DNA of 64,000 nt from Amoebidium appalachense (Eukaryota > Protista > Ichthyosporea): positions 6,009,045 to 6,073,044 of the forward strand of contig CAVNZM010000009.1 of assembly GCA_963693365.1 (NCBI GenBank). The letters are read 5' to 3'. The notes under the pieces were generated by a model. That model did not search any database and was not told where the DNA came from. It worked only from the letters and a program-made list of their open reading frames with translations. Of this stretch, positions 26,607 to 38,744 are shown in pieces (the first letter of the stretch is position 1; each line of letters begins with the position of its first letter). The position numbers were made by a program, and so were the translations under genes.

Positions 26607-26993
26607 GTGTTAGATGCATTCACCCCCGACTATGACGGGTCGGTAGATGTATCGGAGGCTGCAGTAGATAAAATTATGGATAAAAAGGTTATCGAAGGTA
26701 AGGAAGGTAAGGTAAATTATTATTTAATTCGTTTTGAGGGAGGTTATCAGGAAGATCAGTGGTTGCCTGAGTTTCATTTGGATTGCCCGTTTTCTATTCG
26801 TGCTTATGAGGCTAGATTAGTGCAGAGGGAGTTGCCTAGTGCTCCCTCTAGGCCAAAGAGAGTTATTCCTCAGTTTAATCGTGGTGTGAAAAAGTCGGTG
26901 GGGGAGGGGGCCGGGGGGGGAGTGATGCAAATACACGTACTACTAGACACACGGGGGGAGGGGGGGGGGGGAGGAGACCGAGGAGGAGTGTGA
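26607..26993 (+). CDS. Chromodomain at the integrase C-terminus
   Basis: VDKIMDKK...YYLIRFEGGYQEDQWLPEFHLDCPFSIRAYE follows the chromodomain consensus. Confidence 0.8.
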   Translation: MLDAFTPDYDGSVDVSEAAVDKIMDKKVIEGKEGKVNYYLIRFEGGYQEDQWLPEFHLDCPFSIRAYEARLVQRELPSAPSRPKRVIPQFNRGVKKSVGEGAGGGVMQIHVLLDTRGEGGGGGDRGGV

Positions 26994-27941
26994 ACGTAGT
27001 CGTAGGAATTTAATTTATTATCATAGGTGTCTCCGTAGGTATCAAGCTTATGGTGTAGATTAATTTATTATTTTTCTTCGTAATTTATTTAATTTAATTT
27101 TTTTTAGGAGACTGATTAGTCTATGTCTTTTTAGGGGGTGTTAGATGTAATGTGACTGAGGTGGGACTCAGCTTTTCCGGGGGCCGGGGGGGGAGTTGAC
27201 ATATACTAATCCGTCTCAGCAGATCAGCCTAAGTCTACGATCGAGATCGGGGGGGGGGGGGGGGGGGGGTGGCCCGGGTCCACAGATCATCAAGATCAAG
27301 TCCGGGGCCTCAAGATAGCTGTACAGCTGCGTGCATCTTGCCTCTGCCGGCGCAGGGCATTGGACCACGTCAGCCGGGGCAGCCGACCAATAGAATTCTA
27401 ATTAGTGTGTAGGATAGATCGTAGGAGGACTTAGGAATGTGATTGTTCGGGCAGAAGCCCTTTTGTAAGTATTGGCAAGGTTTGATAGTGTATGTTGCCA
27501 AACGTATTTACATATTTAGATGTAGAGGAAAGGGGGGAGGGAGGGGGGGGGAGGATAGTATGAAATGTAGATTTAGACTCTGCGGTGCCACTAGGGGGAG
27601 GGTGAGGGGTGAGACATGGATAAATATATTGGTTTGAGTAGATCGACTTAGCTCGTGCATGCGCACGATAAAGTAGATCGGAATGTTTGGAATGTGGCAT
27701 CGTAGGGGGGCCAGGTGATGATGATCTTTGAGGGCACGGCCTTGATGGCCTCAGTTGTAACTTAGTCTCATTCCGTACGGATCTAAGTTTGCCCGTCGGA
27801 GCCTGGTCTGAATAAACTTTACCGTTTTCCCGTACACGTTCGTTCCTTTTCGTGTGGGTACACTTAGTAGAGTGCCGCGTCTCTAGTACACACACAATAG
27901 GATACGACAGACAGACAGACAGACAGAGAGAGAGACTCGGG

Positions 27942-28099
<158 letters not shown>

Positions 28100-28467
28100 C
28101 TAGAGAGAAGAAGAAGAAGAAGAAGTGATAGAGAGGACAAGGGGGTGGAGGGGGGAAGGGCCTGAGACAAAGAGAGAGGGGACGATTGAGGAGAGAGCGA
28201 GGGAGCGATGGAGCAAGAGCGAGGGAGACGCAGGGAGAGAAAGAGACAGGGTGTGTGTAAATGTATGTGAGCACGTGTGTGTTTGCGCGCCTGATGCCAA
28301 CGTGATGGTGGAGAGTAATAGGGAGTAGCCGGCAACTGCAAAAACACACATGCATGTATGTACCGTAACTTAAGTGCTGGGAAAGGAAAGGTTGAGACCG
28401 GGTGGGGAAGAGCGGGAAACGGCAGGGGGACGCCGGCGTCGGCGGGGGAGGGGGGGGGAGGGGGGGG

Positions 28468-28500
<33 letters not shown>

Positions 28501-29443
28501 CTTTTCCTCCCCTCCCCCGCTCCCCCAGCTCCCGGCCGAAAAGCTGACAAAGAAAGAGGCACTTCACTGCCTCTCCTAGTTATTTTGGAGGCCAAAGGCA
28601 GAACTCACTATAAACTTGTATAAGTATTTGGGACGGAAGCAGAGACACAGTGGTGCAGTGTGAAAACACCACAGACACACAACAACAAAACACGGAACGA
28701 TCGGAGCAGTGTACACAACAGACATCAATGTTTAGACACGACTGAACTCAATTTATTTTGATCTCGCATAAATACCTGAAATTCCCTTAAGTCAAATCCA
28801 TACATGATTTCCGACCAGTCGGAAATCAGATCTATGTCTAAAATAACAATCACAATTAACTGATTATTTCCCGGATAGATCCGGAGACACAGGAACGCAC
28901 ACTATAGGTCACAGCTATAAGAAAGAAATGAGGTGAAAAGTAACGAGGAAAGAGGTGATGTTTCTAACCTATCACCCGCTACAAAGACTCAGACATTTTC
29001 TGACTAAGTCCACTGATTGGATATAGTACGGCAACACACAAAACAAAAGTGGTTGACTAAGCTATGAATCATACATGACAAGCTAAAGTGCCAGTGTAAT
29101 ACTAGGACATTTTGTTACCACATGTTTTGCGCATTAGAAGATGGACAATTCGAGGGGGGCAGACCGAGATCCTGGCGTCGTGTGCATCGCGCCTAAGAGA
29201 GAAGTATACTGATCAGCAAAATACATTATATACAGGTTCAGAATCAACTTTAATATTATATATAATACCGCAACACACACACGTCACATTCACAACAGAC
29301 ACCCAGAAAGATAGCCTACCTGTAAATTACAACATCCTTGATTTTATACTAAACACGCGTAACTACGACCTGTTTATTAGATGTATTGATTGGCTTGAGA
29401 AACACATCACTACAAAATTATAGCGCACGCGCACACACACACA

Positions 29444-29493
<50 letters not shown>

Positions 29494-29532
29494 ACCAGCT
29501 GATACCGAGTGTCCCAAGGGGAGCCCCTTTAA

Positions 29533-29570
<38 letters not shown>

Positions 29571-29571
<1 letters not shown>

Positions 29572-29764
29572 GGGAACCCCAACTAATTGATTTCTCCTTG
29601 TAGTCTTTATGATGTCTCGTAGAGAAAGTAAACCCTGATATATAGTCACCACCCGACATCTATGTACGTGATCATGATATACCGCTGAGGGGATATTCCG
29701 AGCAAAACCCCCCCCCCATACCTGAGACTGGTTCTCTTTCCCTCGAGTAAACAGCGTAAACCCC
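29571..29764. repeat. About 195-bp interspersed repeat (MITE-like), copy 1
   Basis: Near-identical to 61539-61733. Confidence 0.85.
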
Positions 29765-31945
29765 AATATTATATCTGTATAATTTTCGACTAATTTTATT
29801 GTTATAGTTTGTTAACGTTTTTTTAAGCTATGTGTCGCTCTTATATGCCGCTGGCCCGTTGAGAATTTGCTGCGCTCTGCATTGGTGCGACGATCCAATC
29901 TTCCTGGCATTTTGAACTGAGAGAGACGAGCAACGAACCAGTCAGCGTTTTGTTGTGGTAGAGTGCAGGACACCGGCGTAGCATTCTGTGACTATACAAT
30001 AGCACACCATGGGTGTACATAAATACAGCACGTGTGCAAGTCACTTGCACAGACCCTGCACAGACCCCAACCTTTTAATACCAAACCCATCCTTGGTTCG
30101 CAATAGTAGTTGTACGTTGAGTCACTAGAATCTTCGGCAAAAACAGGTCCACTTTCGTTGGCCAAAAAACAAAACATCAGTTCACTCCCATTAGCTGAGA
30201 ATCACGTAGTATGTCAGGGCGTGCGTCTAAGAAAGGGGGTAGGGGCGGGAAGGGGCAAACACCCAGGGGCCCAAAGAATAAGGCTACTACTAAAGCCACT
30301 TCCAAAGGCTCGAAAGCAAGAGTTCCAGTAAAACAAAATGGCAAAGCCACCAAAACGGTCCAACCCGACGACGATCTCGATCTGGCCGCTACGTTTGCGG
30401 AAGGTAGTAATAAGCGCAAGGCGGGTAGTGGTGTTGGGGCAAGTAAGAAGAAAGCACGTCAGGATATCGAGGGCAGCAGCGACGACGGCGATGATCTTTT
30501 CGAAAGTGAGCCCGAATCCGAAGATCAGGAAGAAGACGACAGTGTTGGTTCTGATCTAAACGGAGACGACGATCGAGATTCGAACTATTCGGCGGATGAG
30601 GCAGAGGAGTCGGAGAGTGAGGCGGAAGAGGTGGTTCCACCTCGGCAGGGCGGCGAGAAGCCAGCTATTGCCCCTGGTAAGTGACTTGGTTTCTGCTCTT
30701 CCCCCCCCCCCCCCCCCCTCCCCCCACCACAGCACACAGCACACCCACACCTTTTCCTCCCGTCGTTTCTCGGTTCTCTGGTCAGAAAGGTTTTATGTCT
30801 GTAATGATTTGCTTTTGAACCGTGTGTTGCTCCTTGCAGGCCTTGGCTGTGCTTCAAGAATGGGTGTTGCTTCCGCTTGTGCATTTGCTTTGGACGCAGT
30901 ACTTCGATGTGAAAAAGAGGGAAAGCCGGGTGTACTTCTCGAGAATTGGGGGGACTTCACGAACGACCCGAGTACTTTTCTTGGCGAAATTGAGATAAAG
31001 GCGGGCCAGGGCGAGTGCCAGAAGATCGTCGTTTTGAAAATTAAGCAATGGGCAATTGTAGAATCGTCTCCAATGGCACAGGGCACCACACTTCAGGGGG
31101 TGTGGTCCCAGCCAGCCACACCTGTGCCCTTAGGGAAAACGAAAAACCAGTCCGACGTCAAGGACTTTTTCTGGGCCTGTCTCGAGCAAATAGTAGAATA
31201 CGGGAAACACAACACGATAAATTACTTTAGGCACATAGATGCGCCCACGAATGCACCCACACTGGATGGGTTTTTGCAGCCTCTTCGCTCTCTCACCGAT
31301 CAAACACCACTCGTACACGTGGGATGGGGGAAAATGTCAGGAATTACAATTCCGATGTGTTATTTTGCAGAACTGGGCGCATTTTTTGGCTTGCACTCGG
31401 TAGACAACAACCTTGCGTCTATTAGCGTCAATCACTGGGGTGCTGAAAAGATGTGGCTGTCACTATCGTCGTCCGCATACAGGAAATTCCTGCACATCGT
31501 GAATTCAATAAAGGGCATAGGCCCAAAATGTGCTAGTCGTCTCGCACACAAAAATCTCCTGCTTCTCTCGCGCGAAATACTCGAAACCAACAACATCCAA
31601 TACGAATGCTTCATTCAACCTCCAGGTGCGGCCGTTCTTTTACTACCTGGTGCTGTCCACCAGGGGTTCAATTTGGGTCGCAATCTCGCGTGGGCCGTAA
31701 ATTTTGCAAGTCCCTTATGGACTGTCATGTCGAATGAGTATGTCGAGTGCAGCTGCACTCCAAACCTTCATTCGTTTCAGCCGACACAGGAGGAGGTTTG
31801 CAGGTCGTTCGCAATTGCTGGGTGGACCCATCCACCCAGAGAGCCGCTTTTCGTAGACTATCGCTCAGTTCCTGTCTGGGCACCTGCCCCGATCGAACCA
31901 ACACCCATCCATAAACCGGAAAAGGAAAAAGTAGAGGAAAAATGT

Positions 31946-31976
<31 letters not shown>

Positions 31977-32717
31977 CGGCAATATATATAACTGTGTCCT
32001 GTTTAGTGCTATTTCGTGATTACATCTTAGTGAAAGAAGCCATTATGTGCCGTGGTACGATGCGCGCTGACATTGTGTGTGTGTGTATGTGTGTGTGTGT
32101 GTGTGCATAATCTAGGGGCCCACCTATGCCGCTGCATGCAGTGACCACTTAACTTTGACCCAACAGTATGTACACCCCCCGTCCCTCTCTCATTACCACC
32201 CTTGCTAATCTTTTTTTTCCCCCCAGGCCAGCAGAAGCACCTCTTCATCACCAAGGAGATTGTCCGGATTCAACAGGCCAACCCCGGCCTTACCACCGAG
32301 GACTTGTGGACACTCGCCGAGGGCAGGTGGAAGGCCGCCTTCCCTGAGCTTGCCGGGCAGCAAAGCCCGGCATCTAAGCCCAAGAAGGCGGCTCAAGAAT
32401 TTGACCGCAAGCTCACCTTCGAAAAGTGAGATGGCCATCCCGCAGATCGTGGTTGCCCAGATGTCCTCCAAGGTCTCAACGGTATGTTCTCCCCCCCCCC
32501 CCCCCCCCCCCCACTCACCCACCCACCGACCCTCCCTCACCCCCCACCCTTTTTTGCCCCTGCATGCTCTCCTTATACCCCCTCCCCCTCCCTCTTCCCC
32601 CCCCCGGGGCCCATGTTTACTTAAAGGAGGCTAACGTGCTGCCATCCTTTGTTACCATGTATGTGCTATTCGTAGTGTACTATTTGGTACCATGTCACGT
32701 CGTTCACCTCATTCTCA

Positions 32718-32758
<41 letters not shown>

Positions 32759-33927
32759 AAAAAAAACATACAAATAATTTTTGAAATTAGTGCCTGCCCT
32801 TTGAGTTGGACTGCTTATCATGCCGTGCATGGCTTATCTTCCCCCCACCCCCCCACCCCACGCCTTCACCCGCCTTCCCCCCCCCCCCCCCCCCCCATCT
32901 TTCCCCGAAGAGAATCAAAACACAAATACATGTATTGAGATCCTCCACCTTGACGTAATCTTGTGCCATCACTGTGGATAACTAACCCCCCCCCCCCCCC
33001 CCTTTTGCCCCTTCCCCCTGGCCCTCTGCACAACACATGATTCATACACACATACACATGCCAGCTCTACCACAACCTCAGGAGGGTGACGTCAACATCA
33101 GACGTCACCATGATTGTCTTCGGCATGACCTACTGTGCCACGGACCTTGACCTCGACGAGGCTGTGTGGCTGCTCGCCGAGGAGAAGGGCCTCATCGAGG
33201 AGGGCGACCGTGAGGACGAGGGGATCAAGGCCTTCATCGCCCAGAAGTACCACCGGGGACCGATCCGTGACGCTGTACGCCACGGGCGTGGCCAGTTTGC
33301 GTGGAAGCTACGCAATGTGGCTTACCCGCAACTGGCCTCGGCGGGCCTCATCGAGGAGGGCGACCGTAAGGACGAGGGGATCAAGGCCTTCATCGCCCAG
33401 AAGTACCACCGGGGACCGATCCGTGACGCTGTACGCCACGGGCGTGGCCAGTAAATTAACTGTTTGCGTGGAAGCTACGCAATGTGGCTTACCCGCAACT
33501 GGAGGAGAAGTACGACATCAGTGTATGCATCCCCATCCCCATCCCCCCTGTTGCAGGCCAAAGTGTCGTCCAGGCCAAAGTGTCGTCATCTCTAATTAAA
33601 ATCCAGGTCGTCAAATTTGACTGGTCTAGGGGGAATATCGGGCAGGCCAAATGCACCCCCCCCCTCCCCCCCCCCCCCCTACTACCCTGGGTGACAGGGG
33701 GGTCAGAGAGTTTGTATGACGTGGTGGGAGAAACACAGTGTGGGCGCGGGGGGAGGGGGGGGGGGGGTATTAAAAAATCATTGTCGTAACCTTCCCCCCC
33801 CCCCCCCCCTACTATCCCGGAAACAGGGAGGGAGTGCAGGGGTGCAGGGGGGTCAGGGTGTGTATATGTGGTTGGAGAAACACAGCGTGTGCACGGACCT
33901 GCATGGTCTGGCCTAGATGGCAAAATT

Positions 33928-34003
<76 letters not shown>

Positions 34004-35779
34004 AGCGAAAAAAGATGCGAATCTGTGTCCCGATTAAACCCTGATCACCATATGAGAATCGGGGCAAAATCGGGAAACCCGATTTGTAATTAGCGACGTG
34101 ATCGGGATGAAATTAGCCTGATTACACCCCGATTTCTTGATACCGATCGATCACACCCTGATTCGCAAAAAAAATCCCGATCACGCCCGTGACCGGGACA
34201 CCCCGATTCCTTCCCGACCTGCCCTATACCTCCTTCCTGCCCTTTCGATACTGGAACTTAACCCAAAGTTAAGTACAAAAGAAGACAACCGCAAGAAAGC
34301 TGAAGTACACCGTGACTAGCTCGCGCCCTTACTTTGTTACTCGTACCACACACAGTGTGATGTCAAGTCATGTTCTTCGTCATCACCAACAGTGTGATGC
34401 AAGGTGTGATGCCTGGAGCCTGGAACAGCCCAACAACGGCTATTCAGCTGGGTAGAAAGCATTCACAATATATACAAAAGCAGACAGAAGGGTTTGGCAC
34501 ACAGAACCCTAGTATGAGCAACACCAGGTTGCAAGCATGAAGAGGCTATAGCTAAGTAGTCGTGGGGAGCCATAGAAGTATATAGCTAGGTTAGCAAACC
34601 GTTCACCTGCACACCTATGTGCACGTGTGTTTGAACCCTTTATTCTAACACAGATAGTGGACTGTGTTTCGACTCTTCAAGTTAATTTGAGTACCAGTAG
34701 GTGTGGAGCGATACAGTGAACTACACAACATCCATCTCAGGCTTGCCCCTATACTTCACCTTGGCTTACCTGTTAGAGCCTGTTAGAGCCGCTCACAAAA
34801 CTCGAACTTGGCAAAGTCACAGTAGCAGGTTCAAGGACCTGCAATGGGGAAGAGACTTTCAGAACCTACTAGGGGTACGGTGTTATATAAGGCCAAAAAG
34901 GAGGCAACACAACGTGGCCTTCTCTGTAATACTGATGCAGCATAGATTGCAAGAAGTATAAACTAATACTCAGAGCAACAAAGGCTCGAGGATATACAGA
35001 TGCCTATGCACGGCTGGACGTGGACGCCCAAGTTCGACCAAGGCAAGCGCAGAAGCGCTTACAAATTTAGGTTGTATCCTTCTTGCCGTGTGACCTCACG
35101 AGACAAAAGCCTAGTATGTAAGTCAGAGGGTTCGTGAAGATGAGGTTCTAAAAAAAAACTCACTTTGCCTGTGGCGCATAGCTCCGTTTTTCCAGACTCA
35201 AACTCCTGCCTGCCCAAAAACAATATGCTTAAAAACACCAACTACTATTCTACGCAGTCTTGGGCCACGGCCCACTGCTGTGTATGCAAGTTGTAGATGG
35301 AGCCGCAGCAATCTCACCAAACACAAGACAAAAGCGAATGCGTGCAAGCGAGTTTAGAGTCGCCTGTTTCTTTACACCAAAACTTGCCAACGGTTGCCTT
35401 TGACGACCAGCTGCTGTCTAGGAATCTTTGCTACTAATGCGCGCGAGTGGTTGCACTTGACCGATACTTGCAAGTCTTTTTCTTGTTTGGTGTGACCGTT
35501 AGGCCGCACATGGCATCAGGCCGGGTCAAATAGGGGTCCGGTCTTAATGACGTCACTAATTGAGAAGGAGGGCAAGCACAAGAAAAGTTGGGGGCCGCGA
35601 GAGACTTTCCTGTTTGCGAAACGGAAACGAAAGTCCATGTGTGCACCACGTTACGCGGCCTAAACAAACGAAAAATATTAAACGTAAAACCAGGGAACTA
35701 AATTGTATGTTTACTTGTTATTTAGTTTTTACCTTCTGTTGCAAATCTTAAAAGGTATACCCCTAAGGGGTGCCCACAC

Positions 35780-37301
35780 TATGCCCTCTCGTTGTGCAGC
35801 AGACCACTCAAGGCCACTGCTGGGCCTGGTTGTAAGCAGGTGCTTATTCGAAGGCACAGTGCAGAGGTTGTTAGTTCGTGGTTTAAGCAAATACGGCCAA
35901 GGTACACGGAAGATGACCTGAGGAAGGATCTAGGGGTGTGCCATGTCCATTTTCCCGAAGGGTCATTTGTGTTCGGCCCCACTGCAACCTTAGTGGCTGG
36001 GGCCATACCGTACACACGTGAGTAAGAGGAAGGACTACGCCGGCAGGCCGAAGACGCCAAAAGGCAGCGGGAAGCAGCGGGAAGCAGACTTGCTCTTGGG
36101 GGAGGACGGACGCACCAAGCGTCGTCGCGAGCGGGAACAAAACACTTCGGTTGATGAGCTCAACAAACAGATCGGCACACTCAATATGGTGGTGGGGAAG
36201 CGAAACAAGCAGATTTCAGACATGGACTCGGAACTCAAACAGTTGCGGGACAAATGTGCCGTTTTTGAAGCACGTATGGAGACTGTTGAGCGCAAAAACG
36301 AGAGTCTTGGTCAGCCTCTGAAAGAGAAAGAGATCAACTGCATCAGCAAACTCACCTACGATGGTGTTGTGCAGTCGGACTTCAAAACTCGTTTCTACAC
36401 ACATTTCACAACGGGCAATGCGTTCAAAGCGTTCATTTTGCTCTGTTTCGAATTTCACCTCCACCTTCTGTATATGGGGGTCGACCCAGTTACCGGGGTG
36501 GGGGCTCGGGGCCCAAAGAGAGCACTGTCGTTTGAGAACGCAATCCTGCTGGTGCTTGTGAGACTGCGGCACAATTTCCCGTTTCACCACATGGCCTTCC
36601 TGTTTAACATAGGTGAAAAGACAACACGAAAAACGTTTTGGCGGGGCTTGTATTTGCTTAAATGCATGTTCGAACACCCTCTTTTGGATATACTACAAAA
36701 CGGTGCATTTACTGCAGCCGCCGTAACTGCAAACGTCCTGCCTTGTTTCAAGCAAAACTATCCCCATGTCGCTATGATTTTGGACTGCACGGAATTCTTT
36801 ATTCAGGTGGCTAGTAACACTGAGCTCCAAAAGCTTACATACTCCAGATATAAAGGACACAACACTGTAAAAGTTTTAGTTGCCATGCTTCCCTCTGGTG
36901 AAATATTCTATGTATCATCGTGTTATCCAGGTAGAATAAGTGACCGTCTTATTACTGATGTGTCGGGCATAATAAAAAAATGCTGGCCTGGTGCACAGGT
37001 TATGGCAGACAAGGGTTTCCTCATAGAAGTTCTGCTCAAACAAGCAAATATGCACCTTGTTATCCCTCCCTTCCTTGCAAAGGGAACAATCTTCTCACAG
37101 GAGGAGCGGGCCTCCACCCGTGATATTGCCGCTGTGCGGATTCATATTGAGCGGGCTATTGGGCAGGCGAAGGAGAACAAGATCCTCACGGATACTGTTC
37201 CCATCACCATGGTGCCCAATCACTCCCAGGTTGTCCGAGTTTGCTTTGGGCTTACACGCTTCCAAGGCAAACTCGTGCACTGGGAGGAAGAAGCCCCATA
37301 A
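35780..37301 (+). CDS. THAP plus HTH plus DDE_Tnp_4 transposase (THAP part frameshifted)
   Basis: THAP: MPSRCAA..W..VCHVHF..GAIP. Core: LSFENAILLVLVRLRHN, ILDCTEFFIQ, YSRYKGHNTVK, GRISD, MADKGF, RIHIERAIG. Confidence 0.93.
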
Positions 37302-37940
37302 TAAAGCTAATTGTTTTTGTCCCCTCCAGCCCCCCCCCCCCCCCCCCCCTCCCCCCCCCCCCCCTCCCTCCCCCCCTTCCCCCTCCCCCCTTCAGTTACC
37401 CAGTCCCCGTGAAAAAATATGTATATATAAAAATACCAACATAAACAAATGGCGTGTGTTTATGTTTTTCACTGAAACGGGGGGAAGGGGGGGGGGGGAG
37501 GAGGAGGGAGAGGGGGAAGGGGAAAGGAAGCCTTTGGAAAAACACGAGCCCGACAGAGAGGGGAAAAAACGAAACCTTCCTGTCTCCCCCCCCCCCCCCC
37601 CCCCCCCCCCTTCCCCCCCCCAGTGCTCTCCTCCCGCCTATTCTTCCCACACACAACCACTACACATTCCTGGGTGTGCACGCACGCACGCAAGCAAGCA
37701 CGCACGCACGCACGCACAGACGCAAGACCTTGTCACCTCAATAGTTGTGGTAACAGTAGACCTTCATTCGTTACAGCACATGGCATACATAACCTAGTGC
37801 ACAGCACTGCCTAGTTACAATTTTCATTACATTTATACAGAACACAAACACCATTATTATCCTTAACCGGTTATGGTTACCATATAGCAGTACTACTAGC
37901 GTTACTAATTTATAAAAGAGATTTATCACTTTCCATCGAT

Positions 37941-38744
37941 CTACCTTTTCTTTCGAGCGAGTACAGATGCCTTTGCGGCCCGGGCCTCTCTGGCATACAC
38001 ATCATTTATATTATCTATTAATTTCATCAACGATTTAACATTATCTGCATTCACGGCCACATTAGCATTCAGCAATGGATTCTCGCGCAAGAAAATATGA
38101 TTCATATGACACCCTACTTCCTTCTTCTTAAACTTGCCCCTATCTTTTTGCCCAGACCCCCCTCCACTCTGGCCATCACCGTCAAGATCCCTTTCACCCT
38201 CATCCCCACCCCCGTTCCGTTCCCTGCCATCACCTACCCCACCACCTTCCCCAACCTTTCCTTTTCTTGTAGGCATGTGAGGCTCCCCTTCTTTGAAAAA
38301 TATACTGCTCCATGGTTTTATTATATCTTTCGACATCTGCCCCGATGGAACTCCCCACCGTTTTTGTTGGCTAGCGCTTGCAAACAACTGTGGTTCATCC
38401 CCGGGGACCCGACCAGAGAGCCTCACAATATCGGCGTTTGTGTGTATGAGTGCAGCTTGGTGTGTGCATGCAATGCGAGCCTGTGGACACTGACACCAAC
38501 CATCTATCACCTTCTTCACCACGTTGTTCTCCTCCTCCAGCTCCAAATGCAGATAGGCGACATAGAAGTCCGTGGCCATGGAACGGGGCACTAAGCCTCG
38601 CAGAAGTACCTTGCGGCCGTCCTTGCAGTAGGAGACCGCCAGGTACTCACTGCACGACATTGCCCGCCGCCAACTGCGAACAAAATTCTTGAGGGGGACG
38701 TGCTGCAAGATTACCTGCACATGTGTATATAGGTGTCCGCGCAA
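37941..38744 (-). CDS. SWIM zinc-finger accessory protein of the ISL2EU element; probable upstream exon at about 39367-39600
   Basis: LRGLVPRSM..Y...GWCQCPQARIACTHQAALI (CxC-x-C-x-H) and QQKRWGVP. Confidence 0.75.
   Translation of the reverse strand: MRGHLYTHVQVILQHVPLKNFVRSWRRAMSCSEYLAVSYCKDGRKVLLRGLVPRSMATDFYVAYLHLELEEENNVVKKVIDGWCQCPQARIACTHQAALIHTNADIVRLSGRVPGDEPQLFASASQQKRWGVPSGQMSKDIIKPWSSIFFKEGEPHMPTRKGKVGEGGGVGDGRERNGGGDEGERDLDGDGQSGGGSGQKDRGKFKKKEVGCHMNHIFLRENPLLNANVAVNADNVKSLMKLIDNINDVYAREARAAKASVLARKKR

Larger units (their letters stand above)
7962..27909 (+). mobile_element. Ty3/Gypsy chromovirus-type LTR retrotransposon with three nested elements
   Basis: LTRs 7962-8673 and 27197-27909 (TG...CA, about 4 substitutions). 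TSD GACAG at 7957-7961 and 27910-27914. PPT GGGGGGGGAG precedes 27197. Domain order gag-PR-RT-RH-IN-chromo. Confidence 0.96.
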
